In this document: positions 49,148 through 57,944 of the stretch, piece after piece
Layout: every line of letters starts with the position of its first letter
How positions within the stretch are numbered: position 1 is the stretch's first letter
Source: a bacterium
GTDB taxonomy: Bacteria; Bacteroidota; Ignavibacteria; UBA10030
NCBI GenBank assembly: GCA_043803945.1
Contig: JAZDJN010000061.1
Location: 1-64,000 of the forward strand
DNA: 64,000 nucleotides
Direction of reading: 5' to 3'
The notes under the pieces: generated by a model
The model's input: only the letters and a program-made list of their open reading frames with translations
Told to the model about the DNA's origin: nothing
Database searches by the model: none
Position numbers and translations under genes: made by a program

Positions 49148-49417
49148 CTACTCTCCTCTCGGTTCGTATGATGACATCACTCCATTGATCGATTCTGCAC
49201 GTGCCTGGATTTCATTTAATTTCTGGTTAATCTTCAGAATACTTACCCCCCCCTTTTCCAGCAAATCTTCAACGAGAGCACGAACATCGGGATAATCACA
49301 CTCCTCCTTCAGATGCTGATAGAATCTCATCATCGCAGTTTCCTCATGCAACGCCTGATTCAACATTGCACACGTGTTACGGCATGCATGCTCACATTGA
49401 ATTGCTTCCTTCTCCAT
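49148..49417 (-). CDS. Small ferritin/rubrerythrin-like helical protein (89 aa)
   Basis: Start MEKEAIQC; ALHEETAMMRFYQHLKEECDYPDVRALVEDL resembles the first helix pair of ferritin-like proteins. Confidence 0.55.
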   Translation of the reverse strand: MEKEAIQCEHACRNTCAMLNQALHEETAMMRFYQHLKEECDYPDVRALVEDLLEKGGVSILKINQKLNEIQARAESINGVMSSYEPRGE

Positions 49418-49454
49418 CTGCCAATCCTTTCCCTCGTGAGTTGATGAATAGGTG

Positions 49455-50021
49455 TTACTGGGCAGGAACCGACAATGCTTCAATCACTAATTCCCTGCCG
49501 CGTGCAAGCGCCTTCTCGTTAATTCCCAACAGGTGCTGGCGATGTGCCGGAAGTACTTTCTTCAACGCTGCAATCACATTCTCCGGTTTCACGATTGGCC
49601 TGCGTTCAAGGAAGGCACCCAACAGAATCACATTGGCGACCACCTTGCTTGTCAGCTTATGCGCTTCATCGATTGCCGGAATGCCGATGATCTCGATATC
49701 ACTGCGATCGGGGACATTAATGATAGTCGACTTCTCATAGAGAAGTAAGCCGCCCGGTTTCACTTTGGCCGCAAATTTATCCATCGACGGCTGATTGAGA
49801 ATAATCGCTGAATCAAATTTCGACAGTATGGGTGAACTGATCCGTGTGGGGGAAACAATGACGATACAATTTGCTGTACCGCCACGCATTTCAGGCCCGT
49901 ACGATGGCATCCAACTCACTTCCTTATCCTCAACCATGGCCGAGTAACTCAGGAGCTGCCCCATCGATAACACTCCCTGTCCTCCAAATCCTGCTATAAC
50001 CATTTCATGCGCTGCTTCCAT
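49455..50021 (-). CDS. 2-oxoacid:ferredoxin oxidoreductase gamma subunit (Vor-type)
   Basis: AGFGGQGVL, SWMPSYGPEMRGGTANC. Confidence 0.9.
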   Translation of the reverse strand: MEAAHEMVIAGFGGQGVLSMGQLLSYSAMVEDKEVSWMPSYGPEMRGGTANCIVIVSPTRISSPILSKFDSAIILNQPSMDKFAAKVKPGGLLLYEKSTIINVPDRSDIEIIGIPAIDEAHKLTSKVVANVILLGAFLERRPIVKPENVIAALKKVLPAHRQHLLGINEKALARGRELVIEALSVPAQ

Positions 50022-50067
50022 TTGCTCATTCCTTATACATGATCAGTGGTGGATTCACCTCTCACCG

Positions 50068-50844
50068 TCAGTTCATATTCGGTGATGGAACTTTAATATC
50101 ACCGAGTGGATAGAAGGGGAACATATGTTCTTCCATCCACTTGTTCGCTTCGAGGGGAGTCATCTTCCAGCCCGACGGGCAGTTCGAGACGATCTCGATG
50201 AAGCAGGTCCCCTTGTTCAACTTCTGATATTCGAAAGAGGCTTTCACAGCCTTCTTTAATTTTCGCACCGCCGTTGGCGTGTGCACCGATTGGCGGGTGA
50301 CATAGTAAGCACCCGGAAGGTTGGCGATCAATTCGGTTATCCTGAGCGGGTAGCCAGCGAGTGCTGCCTGCCTGCCGTAGGGCGAGGTCGTGGTCTTCAT
50401 GCCGAGCAGAGTCGTTGGTGCCATTTGTCCGCCAGTCATACCGTAGACTCCATTATTTATAAAGACGATTAGAATATTCTCGCCGCGGTTGATGGAATGA
50501 ATCGTCTCCGCAGTGCCGATGGCAGCAAGATCGCCATCACCTTGATAGGTAAACACATAGCGATCGGGCAACACGCGTTTTATACCGGTTGCCACTGCCG
50601 TCGCACGACCGTGCGCTGCCTCCTGCATATCGATGTTCATATAATGGTAGGCGAAAACGGAGCAGCCAACCGGAGCGACGCCGATGGTCTTATCTTGAAT
50701 ACCCAGTTCGTCGACAACCTGCATCAAAACGTTGTGTGCAGTACCATGCCCGCAGCCGGGACAATAATGCATCGGGGTATCCGTCAGGGTTTGGGGCTTC
50801 TTGAAGACTAGATCAAATCCAATTGTGATTGGTGGAAGACTCAT
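50068..50844 (-). CDS. 2-oxoacid:ferredoxin oxidoreductase beta subunit (Vor-type, TPP-binding)
   Basis: HYCPGCGHG, APVGCS, AHGRA, YQGDGDLAAIG, YGMTGGQMAPTT. Confidence 0.9.
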   Translation of the reverse strand: MSLPPITIGFDLVFKKPQTLTDTPMHYCPGCGHGTAHNVLMQVVDELGIQDKTIGVAPVGCSVFAYHYMNIDMQEAAHGRATAVATGIKRVLPDRYVFTYQGDGDLAAIGTAETIHSINRGENILIVFINNGVYGMTGGQMAPTTLLGMKTTTSPYGRQAALAGYPLRITELIANLPGAYYVTRQSVHTPTAVRKLKKAVKASFEYQKLNKGTCFIEIVSNCPSGWKMTPLEANKWMEEHMFPFYPLGDIKVPSPNMN

Positions 50845-50848
50845 ATGG

Positions 50849-51946
50849 TTACTTCTCCATTTCTACCGCCGCACCATGGGCGATGGTCTCGATTTCATGA
50901 AGGATATCATCTGGTGAAGGAATCATTCCTCCCATCCGGCCGTGAAAGAAGACCGGACATTTTCCTTCGACACCAAGTTTCACATCTTCCAGCATCTGAC
51001 CCGCATTCATCTCGACAACGAGTACTGCCTTAACCCGCGAGGCAATTTCATGGATCACCGCATATGGAAATGGATAGACGGTAATCGGGCGAACGATGCC
51101 GACCTTCAGTCCATGTTCGCGGGCAAGTTCCTTTGCTTTCTGACAGATGCGCGCGACAAGACCAAACGCTACTAAAACAATGTCGGCATCTTCGGTGTCG
51201 AACGTTTCAAAGCGGAGTTCATTCTTCTCGATCTCTTTGTACTTTGCCTGGAGCTTCAGATTGACCTGCTCCATGACTTCAGGCTGCATGAACAGCGACG
51301 TAATAATGTTTGCATTCCGTGATGGTTCTTTTCCTCTTGTTGCCCATGGCTTCTCGATATATGGAAGAACTCCTTTGGGTTTCAGCACCACTTTCTCCAT
51401 CATCTGGCCGATGGCTCCATCGGAAAGTATCATGACACCCATACGGTATTTCTCAGCAAGCCGGAATCCTTCAAAAACAAAATCGGCCATCTCCTGCACC
51501 GATGAAGGGGCAAGAACGATGAGCCGGTAATCTCCGTGACCGCCGCCTTTAGTCGATTGAAAATAATCCCCCTGTGAGGGTTGAATCGTCCCGAGTCCGG
51601 GACCGCCCCGTTGAATGTTTGCAATGAGGAATGGCAATTCAGCCGACGCCATGTAGGAAATTCCCTCTTGCATCAGACTGATTCCGGGACCTGAAGAAGT
51701 GATCATCACGCGTGCCCCCGCACCTGAAGCGCCGTACACCATATTGATCGCAGCAACTTCACTTTCGGCTTGAAGGATTACTGCCTCGTGATTGGGCTGT
51801 TCTTCCATCAGGTATTCCATCACTTCTGATTGCGGTGTGATCGGATATCCGAAGTACGCTTGCATTCCGGCACGAAATGAGGCTTCAGCAAGAGCCTCGT
51901 TGCCTTTCATCAACCGGACTTCAGGAGTGTTACTGGTTTGTTCCAT
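50849..51946 (-). CDS. vorB: 2-ketoisovalerate:ferredoxin oxidoreductase VorB-type (alpha-like) subunit
   Basis: MKGNEALAEA, GYPITPQSE, QAESEVAAINMVYGA, GLGTIQPSQGDYFQSTKGGGHGDY. Confidence 0.88.
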   Translation of the reverse strand: MEQTSNTPEVRLMKGNEALAEASFRAGMQAYFGYPITPQSEVMEYLMEEQPNHEAVILQAESEVAAINMVYGASGAGARVMITSSGPGISLMQEGISYMASAELPFLIANIQRGGPGLGTIQPSQGDYFQSTKGGGHGDYRLIVLAPSSVQEMADFVFEGFRLAEKYRMGVMILSDGAIGQMMEKVVLKPKGVLPYIEKPWATRGKEPSRNANIITSLFMQPEVMEQVNLKLQAKYKEIEKNELRFETFDTEDADIVLVAFGLVARICQKAKELAREHGLKVGIVRPITVYPFPYAVIHEIASRVKAVLVVEMNAGQMLEDVKLGVEGKCPVFFHGRMGGMIPSPDDILHEIETIAHGAAVEMEK

Positions 51947-51980
51947 ACTATTCTGCCTTCAATTCACAATGAGGAAAAGA

Positions 51981-52232
51981 TTATGCACCGACTGCTGCAG
52001 CAGATTTTTTCGCAGAGTCTTTCGCCTGTCGGTAAACAGTGATTGCCGAATCCGGGCACACCAGGGCACAGTTGATACAACCGGTGCAATTATCCTGGGC
52101 CAGTTCAGCGAAACGATATCCTTTAAGGTTAATTTTTCCCGAGAGGTGAAGACTGTTCTGGGGACATGCATTAATACAGAGCTCGCATCCTTTGCAAATC
52201 TCCACTTCAATTGCGACGGTACCACGGATCAT
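51981..52232 (-). CDS. 2x[4Fe-4S] ferredoxin, oxidoreductase delta subunit
   Basis: CKGCELCINACP and CTGCINCALVCPD. Confidence 0.9.
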   Translation of the reverse strand: MIRGTVAIEVEICKGCELCINACPQNSLHLSGKINLKGYRFAELAQDNCTGCINCALVCPDSAITVYRQAKDSAKKSAAAVGA

Positions 52233-52298
52233 TGAGACTGTCCTTTCAATTGCCGATAAAAAATCAGTCTGACACTACGCGTTCTGAATAAGAATGTC

Positions 52299-52314
52299 GT
52301 CAAGTTTGATGCCA
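52299..52314 (-). promoter_or_regulatory. Putative sigma54 (-24/-12) promoter of the Vor-type operon
   Basis: Minus strand TGGCAT-CAAAC-TTGAC (GG-N10-GA rather than GC), about 70 bp upstream of the ferredoxin start. Confidence 0.45.
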
Positions 52315-52443
52315 TGGCAGAAATGGCATTCTAATGGATGAGAAAGCTGTTTTTTCATTAGAAAGGGCGATTCTATTACCAACTTTGGGAACGGCCAAAA
52401 TCGGCTTTCCTGATTCCAGAAACAGAATAAGAAAATCCCTCAA

Positions 52444-52998
52444 TCATAGGGATTGAGAAAGATTTCGGAGCAGATCCGATAACTGCCGATGGCAGTCTGG
52501 GCATAAATCGGACCTCTTGAGATCGATTTCCTCGACGTACGTTGATGAACGCATTACACATTCGAATTGACGGCAATGGTAGAGGCCGAAGGTATGGCCG
52601 AGCTCATGGATGATTTCCTTTTCGATGCGCTGAATCAACACTGGCCTGCTGGGAGGAATTCCGTAGAACTCATTCATTAAACGGTACATCGAAACGACCG
52701 CCATCGGTCCGTTCAATTGAGCTTCGCCGAAGACGAATGTCAGGACGGGAATAAAGAGATCGACATCGACCAGTGTGACAAGTTTATCTTTCTGGTTTGA
52801 GTACTTCCCCAATTGCTGGGCGAGGATGCCGGTGGAATTATACTGGCCACGCGAGGCATCGAAGACACGCTCGAGGTTGAGCGTTTCCTGAAGAAGTGTT
52901 GTTTGTACTGAAAACACATCGGCGATCCGCGACTCCAGCGGTTTGAGCTGCGCCTCGCTGATCGATGAAGCGTTGAGCATGTGGATCACGGGGATCAC
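52444..52998 (-). CDS. Archaemetzincin family Zn-dependent metalloprotease
   Basis: RGQYNS, DVDLF..LTFVFGEA, HELGHTFGLYHC...CVM..S...EIDLK...CPDC. Confidence 0.92.
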   Translation of the reverse strand: MIPVIHMLNASSISEAQLKPLESRIADVFSVQTTLLQETLNLERVFDASRGQYNSTGILAQQLGKYSNQKDKLVTLVDVDLFIPVLTFVFGEAQLNGPMAVVSMYRLMNEFYGIPPSRPVLIQRIEKEIIHELGHTFGLYHCRQFECVMRSSTYVEEIDLKRSDLCPDCHRQLSDLLRNLSQSL

Positions 52999-54341
52999 TA
53001 CGGTCGCTTCAACCCGTATTTTTCGATCTTATTATATAATGTGACCCGATCGATTTGCAGGATTTCCGCTGACCGGGTAATATTCCAATTATTCTGTTGA
53101 AGGATCATAGAGATATGCGCCTTCTCCATAGAGGCAAGTGATCCGGCCGGAAGAATGTGGTTCTTCTCGTGCAATTGGAAGGGAAGATCTTCCGGTTTCA
53201 TGGTGGGAGGTTTCCCTACGACCATCGCGCGCTCGATAACATTCTCCAGCTCGCGCACATTCCCAGGCCAGTTGTACCGGATGATGGAATCCATCGCTTC
53301 CGACGAGATGCTTTGGATCTGTTTATTCATCGAGCGGGCGTACTTCCTGAGGAAATAATTGGCCAGCAGAGGGATATCCCCTTTGCGCTCGCGCAGCGGC
53401 GGGATGATAATCGTAAAGACATTCAACCGGTAGTAGAGATCTTCGCGGAAGAGTTTTTGTTCGACAGCTTCTTCGAGATCCCTGTTCGTCGCGCAGATGA
53501 TTCTAAAGTCGACCTTGATGATCTCATTGCCGCCGACGCGGCTGAATTGCTTTGTTTCAATGGCTCGCAACAGATCCATCTGGGTTTTCGGATGGATATT
53601 CCCTACTTCATCGAGAAAGAGCGATCCTCCATCGGCAAGCTCGAGTTTTCCTTTGCGGCGGTACTGGGCACCGGTAAAGGCACCACGCTCGTGCCCGAAG
53701 ATTTCACTCTCCAATATTCCCTCAGCCATACCGCCACAATTCACGGCCACAATCGGGAAATACTTCCGATCGCTGTTACTATGAATCGCGCGGGCAATCA
53801 ATTCTTTTCCGGTGCCGCTTTCTCCTCGAATCATGACCGTTGTATCGGTTTTGGCAACCGTCGAAATCAGATTGAAGACATTTTGCATTTGCAGCGACTC
53901 ACCGATAATCTCATCAGCTTTACAGAACTCGGAAATCTGTTCTTTCAGCTTGACGTTCTCGGAAGCCAGCATCCGTTGCTTGAGCGCGTTGGTTACAAGA
54001 TGGGAAAGGTGATCGGGATCGACAGGTTTCGTGACATAATCGAAGGCTCCGGCCTTCAATGCCTGCACGGCAGTATCGACTGTTGCATGGGCGGTAATGA
54101 AAATGACCGCGGCATTCGTGTCAATTTCCCGGATATGGGTATGCAATTCCATTCCATCCATGCCGGGCATTTTAATATCGAGCAGAATGATATCCCATTT
54201 CTGGGCCTGGAGTTGTTTGATCGCTTCAGCAGCGTTTTCAGCAGATTTGAGAGTATACCCATCTTCACGAAACCACTTCGTTAACGAATCCCTCACCACC
54301 TGTTCATCATCTACGATCAGTATCGATGGTACAGATTTCAT
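52998..54341 (-). CDS. Sigma54-dependent response regulator (NtrC/AtoC/ZraR family)
   Basis: Receiver ILIVDDE...LDIKMPG...KP; AAA+ GESGTGKE, ESEIFGHERGAFTGA, FLDEVG, FREDLYYRL, WPGNVREL; Fis-type HTH. Start MKSVP after AGGAG. Confidence 0.95.
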   Translation of the reverse strand: MKSVPSILIVDDEQVVRDSLTKWFREDGYTLKSAENAAEAIKQLQAQKWDIILLDIKMPGMDGMELHTHIREIDTNAAVIFITAHATVDTAVQALKAGAFDYVTKPVDPDHLSHLVTNALKQRMLASENVKLKEQISEFCKADEIIGESLQMQNVFNLISTVAKTDTTVMIRGESGTGKELIARAIHSNSDRKYFPIVAVNCGGMAEGILESEIFGHERGAFTGAQYRRKGKLELADGGSLFLDEVGNIHPKTQMDLLRAIETKQFSRVGGNEIIKVDFRIICATNRDLEEAVEQKLFREDLYYRLNVFTIIIPPLRERKGDIPLLANYFLRKYARSMNKQIQSISSEAMDSIIRYNWPGNVRELENVIERAMVVGKPPTMKPEDLPFQLHEKNHILPAGSLASMEKAHISMILQQNNWNITRSAEILQIDRVTLYNKIEKYGLKRP

Positions 54342-54354
54342 ATGGCTCCTTATA

Positions 54355-56004
54355 TTAATCGAGAGAGGAAAACTTTTTGTCTTCGTCTTTCTTGTTAATG
54401 GAAGATTGATCAACGGACCGTCGATAGGTCGGGAAGACCAATATCACGGTGGTCCCTTTCCCAACTTCCGACTCGACGGAAATTTTGCCTCCATGGCGTT
54501 CCATGATGCCATACACGACTGAGAGCCCCAAGCCGACACCCTGACCATCGACCTTTGACGTGAAGAAGGGTTCAAAAACCTTCGCCCGGTCTTCCTCCAA
54601 GATCCCAACGCCAGTGTCATGGATGTTGATGGTACAAAACTCCTCGTTCTCATCGATAGTCACAGTCACCGATAGTCTGCCCCCATCGGGCATTGCTTCC
54701 ACAGCGTTGACGAAGAGTGCTACCAATGCCTGTTGAATTTGATTCTCATCGCAGAGAAGGGGCACTTCTTTCGGAGGATATGTTGTCGAAAATTTTACAT
54801 TAGAAATTTGCAGGTGATGACGCACAAGCTGTTCCGCTTTTTCTACAATACGTTGTACGGGCGCGGCTGTTAGTTCGCCGATCTGCCGTTTCGAGAACAG
54901 AAGCAAATTATTCACAATCGTTCCGCATCGATCGGTCTCGCGTCGTATCAACTCGATGTCCTCGAGTGTATTTATTATCTCCGGTGTTAACTGTTCCTGC
55001 TTTTGAAGGCGGCGGGCAATCAGTTTTGCGTACGTTAAAATTCCTTCCAGCGGATTATTGATTTCGTGAGCAACCGTCGCCGCCAGCTTCCCCAGCGAGA
55101 CCATCTTCTCGATCTGAACGATCTGATCATGCATTTTGGTGATCTGCCCTGTTTTCTCCTGAACGCGCTGCTCGAGGGTATTTGCCCATTCCAGATTTTT
55201 TTCTTCTGCGGCACGCAAGGAATCCATCATGTTGTTGAAGGATGTGGCAAAACGGCCGATCTCATCCTTTCCACCGATCGGGATCCGAAAATCGATATCG
55301 CCGGATGAAATTCTCTGTGTACCCTCCATCAGCTCTTTCACCGGCCGGAGAATTGTGATATTGAGAAACAGAACAGAAAGCATGGCAATGCCGAAGGTGA
55401 GGACAATGGTGACGATGATAATCTGGGTCTGCGTTTCTGCAAGGCTCTTATCCACCTCCGCGAGCGACATGCGAACATCGAGCACACCGATGATTTTCCG
55501 TTGTTCGGGGCTCGGGTGGCAACTTGCTCCGGCGCAGTTCGGTTCATTCTTGATGGGATTGATGAGGCCAAGGAGGCGTTGCCCGTCGCTGCGTGAATAA
55601 ATTCTGACACGGCTGGGCGCCGGTACCGACTCGAGTGGTTTTTCCTGATCGTGACAACCGTAACACGCCTCAGCTTTTAGGTCGACACTCTTGCCTTTCT
55701 CTGTGCTATCCGTGGAAAACCGTATCTCACCCCGCTTATTATATATCCGAATTCCTTCCACACCAATCTGGCCTCCGATCGTATTCATAATTTGATAGAC
55801 ATCTTCTTTTCTGTTGAGAAGCATGCTATAGTGCGTTGAGCTTTGAATGAAATCGCTCACCCTGGTGGCACTTCCGAGAATTTGCGCCATCATTCTGTCA
55901 CGATAGAAATTGATAAAGTAGTATGAATAAACTCCGAAGAGAATGACGAGGAGAAAGAGAGAGCCGATGATAAGCCGACCGCGTAATGTTTGAATCCAGC
56001 GCAT
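54355..56004 (-). CDS. Sensor histidine kinase with putative heme-c periplasmic domain and HAMP
   Basis: Two TM helices around CYGCH and CAGASCH; HAMP (DEIGRFATSFNNM); VAHEINNPL, NAVEAM, DTGVG, FEPFFT, GVGLGL. Confidence 0.92.
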   Translation of the reverse strand: MRWIQTLRGRLIIGSLFLLVILFGVYSYYFINFYRDRMMAQILGSATRVSDFIQSSTHYSMLLNRKEDVYQIMNTIGGQIGVEGIRIYNKRGEIRFSTDSTEKGKSVDLKAEACYGCHDQEKPLESVPAPSRVRIYSRSDGQRLLGLINPIKNEPNCAGASCHPSPEQRKIIGVLDVRMSLAEVDKSLAETQTQIIIVTIVLTFGIAMLSVLFLNITILRPVKELMEGTQRISSGDIDFRIPIGGKDEIGRFATSFNNMMDSLRAAEEKNLEWANTLEQRVQEKTGQITKMHDQIVQIEKMVSLGKLAATVAHEINNPLEGILTYAKLIARRLQKQEQLTPEIINTLEDIELIRRETDRCGTIVNNLLLFSKRQIGELTAAPVQRIVEKAEQLVRHHLQISNVKFSTTYPPKEVPLLCDENQIQQALVALFVNAVEAMPDGGRLSVTVTIDENEEFCTINIHDTGVGILEEDRAKVFEPFFTSKVDGQGVGLGLSVVYGIMERHGGKISVESEVGKGTTVILVFPTYRRSVDQSSINKKDEDKKFSSLD

Positions 56005-56027
56005 ATACGAGTTTCCGAATCGATTTT

Positions 56028-56043
56028 GTCAGAAACCGTGCCA
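56028..56043 (-). promoter_or_regulatory. Putative sigma54 promoter upstream of the histidine kinase
   Basis: Minus strand TGGCACG-GTTT-CTGAC (GG-N10-GA). Confidence 0.35.
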
Positions 56044-56358
56044 GATACAAACTGTGGAATAATTAAACAATTCAAAGAATCGGAACCTCAAATATGCAGT
56101 TCTAAGAATCAAAATCGGTAAAATTGCTAATGATAGGAAGTGAGGAGTGGAGATTCTGATTTTGAAAATCACATAATTATGATTTTTATCCTTCATTTAT
56201 ACAGAATGTGGAGAAGCAGAATGGGATTAGGAGAGCCAAAGATAATGGTGAAGGAGTAGTCCTTGGATTGAATCACAATTATCTTCTAATGAGGGGGGTA
56301 CTCTAAGGCGGAACAACATCCGGGGCAATGAACGATCTCAACCTCGAATGTCTAAAGA

Positions 56359-57174
56359 TTATTGGATATGGAACTTTAGAAAGACCTCGCTTAGGGCCTG
56401 GCAATATTTCTTTGGGCCAAGAATTTCAGATACTTTATCGATCAGCATACCCCCGTCGGCCATCGTCATTCCTGCACGCGTCTGGCGCTTAGAAAGATAA
56501 CTCACAACGAGATCATTGAATTGCTTAGCATCTTCTCTATACAGGTCTGTGGCGCTTTCGGGACTGAGAAATCGTGACCGTTCATATCCCTCTTTCGAAC
56601 TATCTATATTAAAAAGCCATCCTTCCCCCCAGGCATCTTTTAAAAGCAGATGAGGATTCTTTTTCAGCATTGCATTCGTTGCGACAACCTTTCCCCGGAT
56701 TGGAGAGAAGAGTGGCAGAGTGCCACCCTCTATCACGATCCAACAACAGATTTTATCTTGTGTCAATTGCTCTCCAATGGATGGAAGGATAATAGCTCGA
56801 GGTGAGAGAAGTTTTGAGACAATTCCACTTTCCAAACCAACGATGACCATCTTATGCCCTTCTTCTTTCAACCACATATGCCGAGTATCGTACAGTATGC
56901 CTGCTCGAAGCGTATGCTCTTCTATTGGCGAGGTCGGTTCTTGACGGCTGACAGTTTGTTGGGAATTTTCTTGCGATGTAAGCTCCCCTCGCAGCGCTCG
57001 ATCTAACGGACAGCGCTCGCATTCAAAATTGCGCTCACAGAGCTGATACGAGAGAATACCGGCAGTCATCCAAACACAACGGATCTCATCAGATGGCACA
57101 ATCGGGTGTTTTCCTCTATGGCTGAGATCGCCCATGGAGACACCTTGTTCAGCGTGATCCTGCTCAGTCATCAT
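56359..57174 (-). CDS. GcvH-like protein with N-terminal Cys4 domain, no lipoyl Lys
   Basis: CVWMTAG...CERNFECERC; H-protein motifs HMWL, LPSIG, SPIRGKVVATN, DAWGEGWLF; turn reads IEGG. Confidence 0.75.
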   Translation of the reverse strand: MMTEQDHAEQGVSMGDLSHRGKHPIVPSDEIRCVWMTAGILSYQLCERNFECERCPLDRALRGELTSQENSQQTVSRQEPTSPIEEHTLRAGILYDTRHMWLKEEGHKMVIVGLESGIVSKLLSPRAIILPSIGEQLTQDKICCWIVIEGGTLPLFSPIRGKVVATNAMLKKNPHLLLKDAWGEGWLFNIDSSKEGYERSRFLSPESATDLYREDAKQFNDLVVSYLSKRQTRAGMTMADGGMLIDKVSEILGPKKYCQALSEVFLKFHIQ

Positions 57175-57227
57175 TCACTCCTCTCAAGCTTCTATAAATC
57201 CCCCGACAACATTGTCCTCGAACCTCC

Positions 57228-57944
57228 TCACAAAGATGATGCATCATCGGCATCCGGAACGTCGAGGAGGAATTCTGATGCTATTTCGTGCCATTTGTCT
57301 TGAGAAAGGTTCTTGGCAATACCGAGAACAGGGATTCCTCCGTCCTGAAGAACCATTCCGATATTCCCGCTGCTACGGGCGCGTAACGTGTCCACTGTTT
57401 GCTCCATCCAAGCGCGAGCCAATTTACCCGAGAGAAGATTCGTCACATCATTCTGTAGACCCACCGGACGAATCTTCATGAGCCATCCCTTCTCATAAGG
57501 ATCATCGTTGACAACCTTCGGCGACGCTTGGACTTTTTCATTAACGGCGACTACGCATCCGCTAACCGGCGATCTCATTGGAATAGACTTTGACTCAACT
57601 ATGATATCCCAAGCTCTCTTCCCCTGCTGGATATGCTCCCCAAGCCTGGGAAGATGAATCGTATGCATCTCGCCGATAAGTTTCTGAGCAAAATCGTCCA
57701 TTCCAATGACGACAGTCTCCTTATCCTCTACACGCGCCCAACTGTGGCCTTGATGGAAATACAGACCGTCAACGATCCGAAACCACGGTCGCGACACTGG
57801 CGGCTCGGGAGATACTCTCCCTACTGGAGGAACCGAAGTCTTATTGAGGAATTTCCAGAAGGCAACCAGGGTCAGTAAGAAACCGATCACAAGGAGATAC
57901 TCAATCCCCTTAGTCGCAAATATATCTACATATTGATTACCCAT
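57228..57944 (-). CDS. Membrane-anchored GcvH-like protein
   Basis: N-terminal TM (TKGIEYLLVIGFLL); HSWARVE...IGMDDFAQKLIG, SPVSGCVVAVN, NDDPYEKGWLMKI. Confidence 0.85.
   Translation of the reverse strand: MGNQYVDIFATKGIEYLLVIGFLLTLVAFWKFLNKTSVPPVGRVSPEPPVSRPWFRIVDGLYFHQGHSWARVEDKETVVIGMDDFAQKLIGEMHTIHLPRLGEHIQQGKRAWDIIVESKSIPMRSPVSGCVVAVNEKVQASPKVVNDDPYEKGWLMKIRPVGLQNDVTNLLSGKLARAWMEQTVDTLRARSSGNIGMVLQDGGIPVLGIAKNLSQDKWHEIASEFLLDVPDADDASSL

Noticed and set aside
49105-49152. Short tactgt/accgt-like degenerate repeats
   Set aside because: Too short and degenerate to support a call.
53157-54284. Long antisense ORF, and similar ones at 29-361, 440-937, 9760-10641, 33525-34292, 42542-43309, 58565-59302, 59956-60918
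   Set aside because: They lie wholly opposite well-supported genes and show no recognisable motifs; treated as shadow ORFs.
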